This document shows, one piece after another, positions 27,344 to 36,887 of a stretch of 64,000 nucleotides of DNA. The position numbers and the translations under genes are program-made. The notes beneath the pieces are model-generated. The model worked only from the letters and a program-made list of their open reading frames with translations. It did no database searches and was not told where the DNA came from. Source of the DNA: Ktedonobacterales bacterium. GTDB lineage: Bacteria; Chloroflexota; Ktedonobacteria; Ktedonobacterales; JADMIN01. Where the stretch lies: assembly GCA_030167145.1 (NCBI GenBank), contig CP126532.1, forward strand, positions 256,504-320,503. Direction: 5' to 3'. Every line of letters starts with the position of its first letter. Position 1 is the first letter of the stretch.

Positions 27344-28471
27344 TTATTCTACGTCGTCGCCAAGCCGGGCAAGGACGTAGTCTACGAAGTCGCGAATGTG
27401 GTGCTCGAGGGGGGCGTAATTGCCGCCCTCTGCATAGGCTTTGGAGTCCATGCCCTGTTGCGCCAACTCGCAGACGACCCAATCCTGGCGGTTGACGAGG
27501 TCGAGGATTTCGACGGCGTCCATTGGATCGAAGTCGAGGCGGGCCATGGCGTCGGGGTCGAAGAGCCATTCGGAGGTGACGCGAGTCTGGGTTGGTCCGA
27601 GCGGTTCGAGCCAGTCAATGGCGACATGGTCGCTGAGCAGGTTGACAAAGATGCTGGGCAGACCGAAGAAACCGGCATAGCGATGGGTATCGTCGGGGAG
27701 CAGCCCAGGCAGGGGCGGGCGGCTGGCCTTGCCGGTGATAGTGAACGCTTCAACACCTTCGGCGAAGTCGGTGCCTTCGTTGCCGTCAATGACGCCGGTG
27801 CGATATTGCGGCAGCAGCGCGCAGAGTTCGGGGTGCATAGGGCCGCAGTGATAGCACTCGAGCGTATTTTCCATCACCAGTTTCCAGTTGGCCTGGACGT
27901 CGTAGGTGATGGTCTTGGCGACTTTGAGATCGGCGATACCATAGCGCTCAATGGGGCCGTTGCTGCCGAAATCGCGCACGGCGGGATCATCAAGCTGTGC
28001 GGCGAGCGACGGAGGATTGTCGGATAGGTTAAGCCAGATAAGGCCGTGCCAGACTTCCAAAGCGACAGGGTGCAGGCCGTAGAGGTCGCGCTCGAATCCT
28101 TCGTGATTCAGGACACCAGGCGCGCCGATGAGTTTGCCATCCAGGCCATAGGTCCAGGCGTGATAGCGGCACTGGATTGAGCCATTGAGGTGGCCGGAGG
28201 TTTCGGGGCAGAGTCGTGAGCCGCGATGGCGGCAGACGTTGAGGAAGGCGCGCAAATCGCCCTGCTTGGTGCGGACGACAATAACGCTTTCATTGGCGAT
28301 TTTGAGGGTGCGATAGTCGCCAGGTTTAGCGAGGCTGTTGGCGACGCCGCCGTAGACCCACATCCGGGAGAAGATGCGCTCTTGCTCGCGGGCGAAGATG
28401 GCGGGGTCGTAGTAGTAACGTCCTGGGAATGTGGAGAGAAACGGAGATTTTGCGTGCGTGGCCGTACTCAT
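27344..28471 (-). CDS. Rieske [2Fe-2S] non-heme iron oxygenase, alpha subunit
   Basis: The track ORF is 27344..28711, with the start placed at MSTATHAK (28471). The Rieske motif is CRHRGSRLC...CRYHAWTY. The C-terminal catalytic domain carries YHCGPMHPEL. Confidence 0.8.
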   Translation of the reverse strand: MSTATHAKSPFLSTFPGRYYYDPAIFAREQERIFSRMWVYGGVANSLAKPGDYRTLKIANESVIVVRTKQGDLRAFLNVCRHRGSRLCPETSGHLNGSIQCRYHAWTYGLDGKLIGAPGVLNHEGFERDLYGLHPVALEVWHGLIWLNLSDNPPSLAAQLDDPAVRDFGSNGPIERYGIADLKVAKTITYDVQANWKLVMENTLECYHCGPMHPELCALLPQYRTGVIDGNEGTDFAEGVEAFTITGKASRPPLPGLLPDDTHRYAGFFGLPSIFVNLLSDHVAIDWLEPLGPTQTRVTSEWLFDPDAMARLDFDPMDAVEILDLVNRQDWVVCELAQQGMDSKAYAEGGNYAPLEHHIRDFVDYVLARLGDDVE

Positions 28472-28760
28472 AGACGGCGAAGGAACCTTTCCGTTACGCC
28501 GGATTGGCGAGGCAGTGCAATCATGCGCGGCGCTGATCCGCAGAGGCGGGTTGGCCGGGTGGGAGGCGCTGCCCCGCGTGGAGATGGGTCCGGCGAAAAA
28601 CTGTAGAACCGCTCCACGAGTTCTCGCATGGAGCATACCACAAAGGGCCGGTTGTTCGGCGCGGCCAGCGTGTACAGCGGGGATTGGCGGGGATGGCCTA
28701 TCCCGCGACATGTCACATAGCGCGCCTGATCGGTCGCAATATCTCGGCCAGATTGTTTGC

Positions 28761-29552
28761 TCAGCCGAGAAAGAACTCGGTCAATATGGGAGCGAGTACA
28801 TTCGGAGCGACGGCATGCGTCTGGCCTGGCAGGGTGCGGCGCTGGGCAGCAGGGAGGATGTTCGCTAGCGACTGGGCGGCATGGTGCATCCAAGCTGGAC
28901 TGTCGCCGCCGTCCATGATAAGCGTGGGGAGGGTGACGGAGGGCCAGCGGTTGTCCGGCAGTGGCTTGCCGGACATGGTATCACCCATGATTGCGCCGTC
29001 ATAGGGTAAGGTATGCGCCACTGCCTCCATGGCAGGCCACATCGGCGTCTGGCGCATCTGGGCAACCATGTCGGCGGGTACGCTCACCGCCTCGGTCATG
29101 AAATATTCGACAGCGTCGCCCCGACTGCCAGCCGCCACCAACTCAGTGAGATGGCTGACATAATCGCTGGGTACTTGCGGACGCGTATTGTCGAGGATGA
29201 ATGGTGGCTCGTAGAGCGCCAGCTTGGTGATGGCGAGACGGTGATTCGCGGCTTCCAGCGCGAGAACCGCGCCAGAGGACATACCGTAGACGAATGCGGA
29301 GCCATCAGCTTCGGTGATAAGGGCTGCGATGTCTTCGATCTCGCGCTCGACCGCATAGGGCGGCGTGTCGCCACTATCGCCGCGTCCCCGGCGATCATAG
29401 GCGAAAACCCTGAAATGTGGCGCGAGCAGGGCAGCCAGTAGCGCACCTGCTGAGCGGTCGCTCAGTGCGCCACCAACCAGGATAAGCGCTGGCCCGTGGC
29501 CTGACTGGTCAAACGCGATGGTGGTGCCGTCTTTAGAGAAAACAGTGGACAT
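28761..29552 (-). CDS. alpha/beta-fold hydrolase
   Basis: The start was placed at MSTVFSKDGTTIAF (29552). Motifs are the HGPALILVGG oxyanion region and the nucleophile elbow VYGMSSGAVLAL (G-x-S-x-G). Confidence 0.75.
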   Translation of the reverse strand: MSTVFSKDGTTIAFDQSGHGPALILVGGALSDRSAGALLAALLAPHFRVFAYDRRGRGDSGDTPPYAVEREIEDIAALITEADGSAFVYGMSSGAVLALEAANHRLAITKLALYEPPFILDNTRPQVPSDYVSHLTELVAAGSRGDAVEYFMTEAVSVPADMVAQMRQTPMWPAMEAVAHTLPYDGAIMGDTMSGKPLPDNRWPSVTLPTLIMDGGDSPAWMHHAAQSLANILPAAQRRTLPGQTHAVAPNVLAPILTEFFLG

Positions 29553-29725
29553 AGGAACTCCTTGACGCAGGAATATGGCGTGACTGGACGCGCCGTGGAT
29601 GTTTTCGCTGGCAATTTGGCTCAGCAAGGTGGTTTGACCGCCAACAGTGATGTTGTTCTTCCGTTCTGATTGACGTTCAGAGTTGCGGAAAAATTGACAC
29701 TGGAAGGGCGGCTACATCGAGATCG

Positions 29726-30022
29726 CTACATGGTGCTTAATTCGCGGGACGATGCGCCGATGAACATCGTTATCAGAAACACGCAGGCTCCGGCCAGGAA
29801 GGCGACGCCCAGCCCAACGTTGGCGACAATGTAGCCTGCGACAACAAGCGAGAGCGGCTGGCTGATGCCACCAACTCGCAGGTTGGTGTGTGGGTAGGCT
29901 GCCGGACGGGGGCCGAGCACTCCAGCGGAGAGGTCGAGGTTCCTCTGGGGATCGGCGGTACTGGCAGTGACGTAGGTGACGTGAAGGATGCCGGGAATCG
30001 TATCGGCGACGCACGCCTTCAC
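29726..30022 (-). CDS. small hypothetical membrane protein
   Basis: 98-aa ORF packed between two operon genes. The C-terminal hydrophobic segment is ISQPLSLVVAGYIVANVGLGVAFLAGACVFLITMFIGA. A competing ORF in another frame (29712..30086) looks less protein-like. Confidence 0.3.
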   Translation of the reverse strand: MKACVADTIPGILHVTYVTASTADPQRNLDLSAGVLGPRPAAYPHTNLRVGGISQPLSLVVAGYIVANVGLGVAFLAGACVFLITMFIGASSRELSTM

Positions 30023-30031
30023 GTCTCACCA

Positions 30032-30973
30032 TCAACACGAAGGCGCTTCTTGCGGCGGCTCTATCCCAGCCAGCTCCTCCATCCAATGGATCGTCGCCGT
30101 GATGTCCCCATTCCCTTCGCTTGCCAGCTCTACGGAGGACAGTTGCTCAGCCGCGGCCGTGACGGGCATGGGAACCTGCAGCGACTCCGCCTCACGCATA
30201 ATCAGCCCGAAATCCTTGTGCATCAACTGCAGTGCGAAGGTCACTGGATAATCCTCGCGCCGGACATTGTCCAGGGCCAGCTTCTGTCGTGGCGAGATAA
30301 CCGCCGTCTGGGCCAATACGTCGAGGAGCCGCGCTTTCTCAAGTCCCGCCTTCTCGCCGAGCGCGAGTGCTTCGGCCAGCACCTGGATGCTCACGCCCAG
30401 AAGCGTGTTCACGACCAACTTCATCGTCGTGCCCATTCCACTCGGCCCCATGTAGAAGCAGTGTGGAGTCAATGCCGAGAGGATGGGCAACGTGCGCTCA
30501 TACGCCGCAGAGTCGCCACCTACTAGCAGAGTGATTGTCCCGGCCTCTACCTGGGGTGTGCTGCCCGAGATGGCCGCGTCTAGCAGATCAAGCCCACGCG
30601 CGCGGGCTGCCGCAGCCAGGGTCCGCGAGGTCTGGGGCAGAATCGTGCTCATCTCTACGAAGGTCGTGCCGGACCGCGCCCCCGCGAGCGCTCCCTTTCC
30701 ATCGTGGCCTTGTAACACATCCTCAACGGCATGATCGTCGCTGAGGGACGAGAACACGACAGAGCACTGCGCGGCCAGCGCTTGGGGTGTGTCGGCAACT
30801 TGTGCGCCCAGACGCATGAGCGGCTGCGTCTTCTCGCGCGTGCGATCATAGACCACCACGGGATAGCCAGCCTTCAGGAGCCGCGCGGCCAGGCGGCTCC
30901 CCATCGCGCCCGTACCCAGGAAGCCAAGCTGCAGGAGGCGCTCACTGCTCGTGTCGCCTTTGTGCTGTGTCAT
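30032..30973 (-). CDS. NAD(P)-dependent beta-hydroxyacid dehydrogenase (3-hydroxyisobutyrate / 6-phosphogluconate dehydrogenase-like)
   Basis: LGFLGTGAMGSRLAARLLKAGYPVVVYDRT Rossmann motif. The central GSTPQVEAGTITLLVGG and MKLVVN are typical of the family. Confidence 0.8.
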   Translation of the reverse strand: MTQHKGDTSSERLLQLGFLGTGAMGSRLAARLLKAGYPVVVYDRTREKTQPLMRLGAQVADTPQALAAQCSVVFSSLSDDHAVEDVLQGHDGKGALAGARSGTTFVEMSTILPQTSRTLAAAARARGLDLLDAAISGSTPQVEAGTITLLVGGDSAAYERTLPILSALTPHCFYMGPSGMGTTMKLVVNTLLGVSIQVLAEALALGEKAGLEKARLLDVLAQTAVISPRQKLALDNVRREDYPVTFALQLMHKDFGLIMREAESLQVPMPVTAAAEQLSSVELASEGNGDITATIHWMEELAGIEPPQEAPSC

Positions 30974-31025
30974 TTAACGCTCTCCTTCGCCATCAAGCCC
31001 ACGACGCGCCGGGTATCGCCGGGTC

Positions 31026-32447
31026 TCAAACAACCCAAGACGTGAACAACCCGTTGAGTCCCTCCATGAAGGTGGGGTGGGTGTACATTTCGTCGCGCAG
31101 CATCGTATACGGCACACCGAGGCGCATCGCCAGGTGGATGACGGCATTCATCTCGCTCGCCTCCGCGACGTAGAATGCCGTGCCAAGAATCCGGTCGTTT
31201 GCCGCATCTACGACCGCTTTGAGGAACCCCGTCGTCTGGCCGGTCGTCTGGGCGCGGGGCATGGCAATCGTATTGGCGGCCAGCCGCGCCACCCGCACGC
31301 GGTAGCCCTGGCGGCGCGCCTCCTTCTCGGTCAGCCCAACGCGGCCGAGTTCCGGATCGGTGAACACCGCATACGTGAGGATGCGGCCGGTGGTCGAGGT
31401 GTAGTCCCCAATGCCACTGATCTGAGCTTTGAGGATGCGGTAATCGTCGAGCGAGACGTGGGTAAACTCGGGCCCTCCCGTGACATCGCCCACCGCCCAA
31501 ATGCCGGGGACTACCGTTGCCAGATGCTCATTCACTGGAAGGAAGCCACTTTCGTTGAGGGCGAGCCCGGTTGCCGCCACTTCGAGCTCGGCGGTCACCG
31601 GCTCTCTGCCCGTCACCGTCAGCACGTGGCTGCCTTCTACCGCTTCTACTACTGCGGCAGCAGCGGGTTGAATGTAGACGCGCACCCCCCCAGCGACTGC
31701 CTCCGCGCGCTCGGCAGAGGTGCCAAGGAGCACGTGGATTCCCTCGCGCTCGAAAGTCTGCCGCACGGCCTCCGCCACGTCAGGGTCCTCCGCTGGCAGC
31801 AACTGCGCGCCGCGATGGATCAACGTGACCCGGCTGCCAAAGCGATGGAACATCTGCGCAAACTCCACCCCTTCAAACCCGCCTCCGATAATGATGAGAT
31901 GCTCCGGCAGGACGTCCAGTTCGAGGATCGTCTCACTGGTCAACGGAGACACGTCGCGCAGCCCTTGGAGCGCCGGAACCTTCGGGCGTGTACCCGTGTT
32001 GATCACCACGTGTTTTCCGAGCAGGATCCGGGCGCCTCCTTCTCTCAAACGGACCTCCACAACCTTGTGGCCGACGAAGCGAGCTTGCCCAAGCATGAAC
32101 TCAAGTCCGGCGGTGCTCGTAAACTGCTTATAGTTCCCCCCACGCATGAAGGCAACGACCTGGCGCTTGCGTTCGCGGATGGATGGCATCGCAATGCCCG
32201 TGATCTCGGCCTCGATACCGTATTCCCTGGCGCGGCGCACCCAGTCAGCGATCTTCGCGCTCTGAACCAACGTCTTGGTCGGAATACATGCGACGTTAAT
32301 ACAGGTACCGCCAATCCTGTCGGGATCACGCTCGATGAGCGCTGCTTTGTACCCCTGCTTTGCCAGGTCAATGGCAAGCGTCTTGCCACCCTTGCCGCCG
32401 CCGATGACCACCACATCAAACGGTTCTGGTGTTCCCTGTCCGGCCAT
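31026..32447 (-). CDS. FAD-dependent pyridine nucleotide-disulfide oxidoreductase (class I, dihydrolipoamide dehydrogenase / mercuric reductase-like)
   Basis: The start was placed at MAGQGTPEPFD (32447). Motifs are FDVVVIGGGKGG, the redox-active disulfide GGTCINVACIPTK (C-x4-C), the second fold LIIIGGGFEGVEFAQ, and the C-terminal dimerisation segment HPTFMEGL. Confidence 0.8.
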   Translation of the reverse strand: MAGQGTPEPFDVVVIGGGKGGKTLAIDLAKQGYKAALIERDPDRIGGTCINVACIPTKTLVQSAKIADWVRRAREYGIEAEITGIAMPSIRERKRQVVAFMRGGNYKQFTSTAGLEFMLGQARFVGHKVVEVRLREGGARILLGKHVVINTGTRPKVPALQGLRDVSPLTSETILELDVLPEHLIIIGGGFEGVEFAQMFHRFGSRVTLIHRGAQLLPAEDPDVAEAVRQTFEREGIHVLLGTSAERAEAVAGGVRVYIQPAAAAVVEAVEGSHVLTVTGREPVTAELEVAATGLALNESGFLPVNEHLATVVPGIWAVGDVTGGPEFTHVSLDDYRILKAQISGIGDYTSTTGRILTYAVFTDPELGRVGLTEKEARRQGYRVRVARLAANTIAMPRAQTTGQTTGFLKAVVDAANDRILGTAFYVAEASEMNAVIHLAMRLGVPYTMLRDEMYTHPTFMEGLNGLFTSWVV

Positions 32448-32901
32448 GATTGTGCCTCCCCTCGTGCCCTTGCGTCCTACATGTCTCGCCTCTGCCCGCA
32501 CCCGCGGCAGCCTCCAGGTGTTCGTGTCTGCTCTGTGAGCGGCACGGAAACTCAGTGCGCCATGCTCGCGCCTACCTGCCGCCGATGGAGCATACGCCCG
32601 TCGGCAGAAAGTGTGCCCGCATATCCCCGCGTACCAATATCACCACCTGCTCTGCCATTCCCACTAGGGGGAGCATTCAGTCGGACAACCACTTCCCCTC
32701 CCACGCACCGCGGCCCGCAGGATCGAGACCAGCGCAGGCGCTCACGTGCAGAGTGGTTGCTGGCTGTTGGTGCTATGGCGTTTGATGCCAGCGAGTTGAG
32801 AGGCTTACGCTCAGCTCATCGGTGCATCAGTCTGCGAGATGGCCGGCGAGGCGCGGTGCCGCGCGTCCTAGACTGGATGTTCGATGCGAAGCCATCGCCT
32901 C

Positions 32902-33696
32902 CTATGCGTTGCCGTGTGTGTCGTTGCCTGCGTCGTCGTGCTCGCCGCCACCACGGCGCTTGGGCTGGGGCGCTCGCCAGCCGTATCGGAGCGCGGCGAG
33001 CCGCAGGACGAAGACGAAGAGCGCGGCCAGTCCGGCCGTCAGCGAATCGTAGAGGTGCATGTGCTGCAGCACCACGATGATCGCGGCGCCCAGCATCGCG
33101 GGAACCGCGTACAGCTCACTCTCCGCCCGCAGCACGTCCGGTTGCTCGTTGGCAAGCACATCGCGCATGATGCCCCCGCCCACGCCTGTGATTGTGCCGA
33201 GCGCGACGGCCTCGACCGGACCCAGCCCGTAAGCGAGCGCCTTCGCCGCGCCAGCCACACAGAATACCGCCAACCCTGCGGCGTCGAACACGAACACCGC
33301 GACCTGGATCTGGGTCCGGTATCGCCGAACGAGGGCGGCCGGGAGACGGGTCCGAAAGTGCTGCATGCGGGTGGTCTGATCCTGCTCATGCTCGTAGTCC
33401 TGGTCGTGGCGATGCATAATAAACCGATACACCACGAAGGTGATCGCCACGGCACCTAGCGGTATCAGGAGGGTGACGTGATCGGTGAAGGCGGCCGGAG
33501 GCACCGCACCGAGAATCAGATCGCGCAGCACACCGCCGCCGATCGCGGTGATCTCGGCAAGCACAATCATGCCGACGATGTCGTAGCGTTTATGAACCGC
33601 CAGCAAGGCGCCAGACATCGCAAAGACGAAGGTGCCGATCAGGTTGAGGGCTTCTTCCAAGCCCGCGTTGAAGACGGCCGGCTGCATGCTGATCAA
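32902..33696 (-). CDS. TRIC/UPF0126 (YadS-like) cation channel family membrane protein
   Basis: Two UPF0126 repeats are present (FAMSGALLAV...GGGVLRDLILG and FCVAGAAKAL...GGGIMRDVLAN). They are separated by a His/Asp/Gln-rich loop (HRHDQDYEHEQDQTT). Confidence 0.75.
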   Translation of the reverse strand: MISMQPAVFNAGLEEALNLIGTFVFAMSGALLAVHKRYDIVGMIVLAEITAIGGGVLRDLILGAVPPAAFTDHVTLLIPLGAVAITFVVYRFIMHRHDQDYEHEQDQTTRMQHFRTRLPAALVRRYRTQIQVAVFVFDAAGLAVFCVAGAAKALAYGLGPVEAVALGTITGVGGGIMRDVLANEQPDVLRAESELYAVPAMLGAAIIVVLQHMHLYDSLTAGLAALFVFVLRLAALRYGWRAPQPKRRGGGEHDDAGNDTHGNA

Positions 33697-33805
33697 CCTA
33701 CCTAACGCCGTGTAGCAAGCTCAGCGTTCAGGCAGAGCATACGCGCGCCAAGACTGCCACGTCAATGGCGAGCGGCCGAATCGTGGTCCCGCGCGGGACG
33801 TTGCC

Positions 33806-35128
33806 TCAAGACGCCAGCCAGGCCAGCGCGGCGACGACCAACGCCTCCACGCCGGTCTCCAACGTTGGGTGGATGACGGGCGCGAAGCCAGGGTTATGAT
33901 TGGTCGGGATCTCGTTGAGCTTGTCAGCCGCTTTCGCCTTCGCGTACCGATCGGGGTCGGTACAGCCAACAAACCAGAAGACCGATGGTGTATGCCATTC
34001 GGCTCCGTACAATCCGAAGTCCTCACTCGCCGACGCTGGCTCCGTTTCTACCACACGCATGTCCGAGAATTGCTGACGAAAGGCGCCCACGACGCGCTTG
34101 GTCGCCTTGGCGTCGTTCGTGACGAGCGTATAGTGGTCCAACGACGTGAACTCTGGCGACTTCGGTGCCCCGGATGCCTCCGCTTCGGCGTTGACAATGC
34201 GCTTGATCGCGGCGAGCACGCGCTTGCGTACCCCCGCATCGAAGGTGCGGATGTTCAGTTTGATGATCGCATCGTCGGGGATAACGTTCTCTTTGGTGCC
34301 AGCTTGCAACGCGCCAATGGTGACCACGGCGGCCTCGGACGGGGCGACCTCCCGCGAGACGATAGTTTGTAGGCGCAGCACCGTCGCTGCGGCCATCACG
34401 ACGGGATCAATGCTGGCCTGTGGCATCGAGCCATGGGCGCCACGGCCGAACAACTGAATCTGCATGCTATCGGCGGCGGAGGTGATAGTGCCTGTACGCC
34501 AGCCAAGGTCGCCAGCAGGCCCAACCATGACGTGCTGGCCAAGCACGACCGCAGGTTTGGGGAAGCGCTTGAAAAGTCCATCGTCAATCATCGCCTGAGC
34601 GCCTTGCGCCGTCTCTTCCGCTGGCTGGAAGAGCGCCAGTAGCGTGCCCTGCCAGGTGTCGCGGGCCTGGGCGAGGAGGGTAGTCGCCCCCACAAGGCAG
34701 GCGACATGCATGTCGTGGCCACAGGCATGCGCCACGGGCACAGTCTTGCCTTCGCTGTCGGTGGTGGTGACGGTGCTGGCGTAGGGCAGGCCAGTCGCCT
34801 CATTGATGGGCAGTGCGTCCATGTCGGCGCGCAGCATGACGGTTGGTCCGTCGCCGTTACGCAGAAGACCGACGACGCCCGTGTTGCCGACACCGGTGGT
34901 TACCTCAAAGCCTGCGGCGCGCAGCCGCTTTGCGGCGAGGCTCGCCGTCCGGGTCTCATGCATAGACAATTCAGGATGCGCATGGACGTCTTTATAGAGC
35001 GCTTCTAGGTCCGGTAGCAGGTCGTTAAGATGGGCAAGCGCCGAGGACCTTGGAGGTTTCGCTGCTATCTGGGCCACAGATCTATCCTTCCGCTGGTCGG
35101 GCCACCGCCTGTGGCAAGGTGTGGCCAT
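33806..35128 (-). CDS. M20D-family amidohydrolase (hippurate hydrolase / N-acyl-amino acid amidohydrolase-like)
   Basis: The track ORF is 33806..35542. Conserved sequence starts near LYKDVHAHPELSMHE, so I start at the Met at 35128. The metal motif is VAHACGHDMH, with FQPAEE. Confidence 0.8.
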   Translation of the reverse strand: MATPCHRRWPDQRKDRSVAQIAAKPPRSSALAHLNDLLPDLEALYKDVHAHPELSMHETRTASLAAKRLRAAGFEVTTGVGNTGVVGLLRNGDGPTVMLRADMDALPINEATGLPYASTVTTTDSEGKTVPVAHACGHDMHVACLVGATTLLAQARDTWQGTLLALFQPAEETAQGAQAMIDDGLFKRFPKPAVVLGQHVMVGPAGDLGWRTGTITSAADSMQIQLFGRGAHGSMPQASIDPVVMAAATVLRLQTIVSREVAPSEAAVVTIGALQAGTKENVIPDDAIIKLNIRTFDAGVRKRVLAAIKRIVNAEAEASGAPKSPEFTSLDHYTLVTNDAKATKRVVGAFRQQFSDMRVVETEPASASEDFGLYGAEWHTPSVFWFVGCTDPDRYAKAKAADKLNEIPTNHNPGFAPVIHPTLETGVEALVVAALAWLAS

Positions 35129-35529
35129 GCGGTCGACATCTGCCGCAAGCACAAGTCGGGATTCCTGAAGGCGGAGCAGAATATGTGCCACAGGAGGAGG
35201 CAGGAACCTGGATATTGCGCAACACTTGGCACTACTTCGCGGACCAACAGCGGTGCGCTCAGCAAGCGACGAATGCCATATGCGATGTATGGATCGGGGA
35301 CACCTTATTTGGCCAAGCAGATTGGCAACGGTTGTGGACCAAGCGAAAGATGGCCCGTCAGTCGCATGAAAGTGGACTTCGAAGCCAGCTAACAGTGTTT
35401 CAGTGGCCTGTTGCAGGCGGGCGAGATCATTCCACCAGCGTGACAGGCCAGTTTGTCTTTGAGATAGCGCCGATGCGCTCAACAAGAGGGTGTTAGGAAC
35501 TCGATGTTGATGGGTGGTAGGATGCGCGT

Positions 35530-36027
35530 ATGTCAAACACACACATACTCTATCCCACGGATGTGAGCGACGACGAATGGGCCTTCGTCTTTGCAGACCT
35601 GACCTTGGTGTTGGTGCCCGATGATGCTAGTTAACGCCGCCACAGTTTGCGCGAGGGATTCAATGCCCTGCGCTCTCTGGTGCGCGGCGGCATTGCCTGG
35701 CGCCTGCTGTCGCACGGCTTTCTGCGCTGAGAACTCGTCTACCAACAATAGCGTTGCTGGCTGGCGGCAGGCTGCTTCAAGGCGATTGTACCTGACCTAC
35801 GGGTTCTGCTGCGCCTAAGCGCTCAGCGGAGGGGGCAGCCGACGGTGGTTATTTCGGCACGAGCACGCTCGGTGTTCTGTGGTGGATTCGGCGTTCGCCG
35901 GAGCTACCCCGGCCCGTTCTCCGGTAGGGAAGGGGAGTGCGTCGGGCACACGCCGTGCGCTCCTACGAACGTGGCGTGCGGTCCCTACCAGGGAAGAGAT
36001 GCTTGGGACTGGTCGAAAGTACCATAG
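35530..36027 (+). pseudogene. decayed IS5-family (IS427/IS1031-like) transposase N-terminal relic
   Basis: One reading frame gives MSNTHILYPTDVSDDEWAFVFADL...*RRHSLREGFNALRSLVRGGIAWRLLSHGF..*..*..GQPTVVISARARSV. This parallels the IS5-type pattern YPSDLTDAEWALI...REIVNAILYVLRTGCQWRMLP...AAIIDSQSVKT. The frame is broken by three in-frame stops, the first a TAA at 35632. There is no DDE domain, and no inverted repeats were identified. Confidence 0.5.
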
Positions 36028-36054
36028 GGGTAGAAGTTACGAGGAGACGGAAAT

Positions 36055-36753
36055 ATGGCTGAACTACACGCTGATCTTGCGCTGGCGCACCTGACACGCG
36101 CGCCCCTGACGGAAACGGCGGACGGTGCGATGCCGCCGCTGCTGGCGCTGCTGCACGGTGTCGGGAGCAATGAGCGTGATCTGTTCCGTCTCGCGCCAGA
36201 GTTGGATGCGCGCTGGCGGATCGTGAGTCCGCGCGGGCCGCTGGTACGCGGGCCGGAGAGCTTCGCCTGGTTCAGCTTTCAGCCGCTGCCAGGGGGCACG
36301 GTGATCGCCGCTGAGGAGCTTGCCGCAAGCCGAAACCGGTTGAGCGCGTTTTTGGGCGAAGCAGTGGAGGCGTATAATTGCGATGACGAGCGGGTGTATT
36401 TGCTGGGCTTCAGCCAGGGGGCGATTGTGGCGGTGACGCTGGCGCTGACGCAGCCGCGTCAACTGGCGGGCGTCGTCGCCAATTCGGGGCGCATCCCGCC
36501 GGAGGTGACGCCCTTGGCGAGGCCAGCGGAGGAGACGGCGGGATTGCCAATGCTGGTGTTGCATGGGCGGCAGGACGCAGTGATTGCGGTGGAACGCGCG
36601 CACGACGCACGCGCAATTCTAGAGCGCCAGAGAGTCGCGCTGACATACCATGAGTATGACGCGGGACATCAGATCACCGCCGCAATGCTGGCAGATGCGA
36701 ACGCCTGGCTCGCGGCGCAGTTGGATGAGCCGCTGTGGGATACACGTCCATGA
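36055..36753 (+). CDS. phospholipase/carboxylesterase-family alpha/beta hydrolase
   Basis: 232 aa. Motifs are LLALLHGVGSNERDL, the nucleophile elbow LLGFSQGAIVA, and the late VLHGRQDAVI...H pattern of the esterase family. Confidence 0.75.
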   Translation: MAELHADLALAHLTRAPLTETADGAMPPLLALLHGVGSNERDLFRLAPELDARWRIVSPRGPLVRGPESFAWFSFQPLPGGTVIAAEELAASRNRLSAFLGEAVEAYNCDDERVYLLGFSQGAIVAVTLALTQPRQLAGVVANSGRIPPEVTPLARPAEETAGLPMLVLHGRQDAVIAVERAHDARAILERQRVALTYHEYDAGHQITAAMLADANAWLAAQLDEPLWDTRP

Positions 36754-36887
36754 TGGAGTGCGCTAGGGGATAAGGATTTTGGTTCATCGCGACTGTGCGA
36801 TTCGGGGGCCATCGTGTATCATGGGCACACACTGGCTAACCGCCGCAGCCATCGCTGGTCGGCATACAGGTGAAGAGGCGAGTAGAT

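Noticed and set aside
26213-28027. A 604-aa plus-strand ORF spanning the amine oxidase and Rieske genes.
   Set aside because: It is antisense to two genes with clear family motifs. Its translation is Gly/Asp/Val/Arg-rich low complexity with no domain pattern, which is a typical high-GC shadow ORF.
31077-33080. A 667-aa plus-strand ORF.
   Set aside because: It is antisense to the disulfide reductase and TRIC genes. The sequence is Arg/Pro/Ala-rich and not protein-like, so it is a shadow ORF.
35129-35542. The N-terminal 138-aa extension of the M20 amidohydrolase ORF. Its segment DGPSFAWSTTVANLL faintly recalls the ERTFAWL motif at the C-terminus of IS5 transposases.
   Set aside because: The similarity is too weak to call without a search. 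The extension is not part of the M20 fold, so I left the region unannotated between the amidohydrolase start and the IS5 relic.
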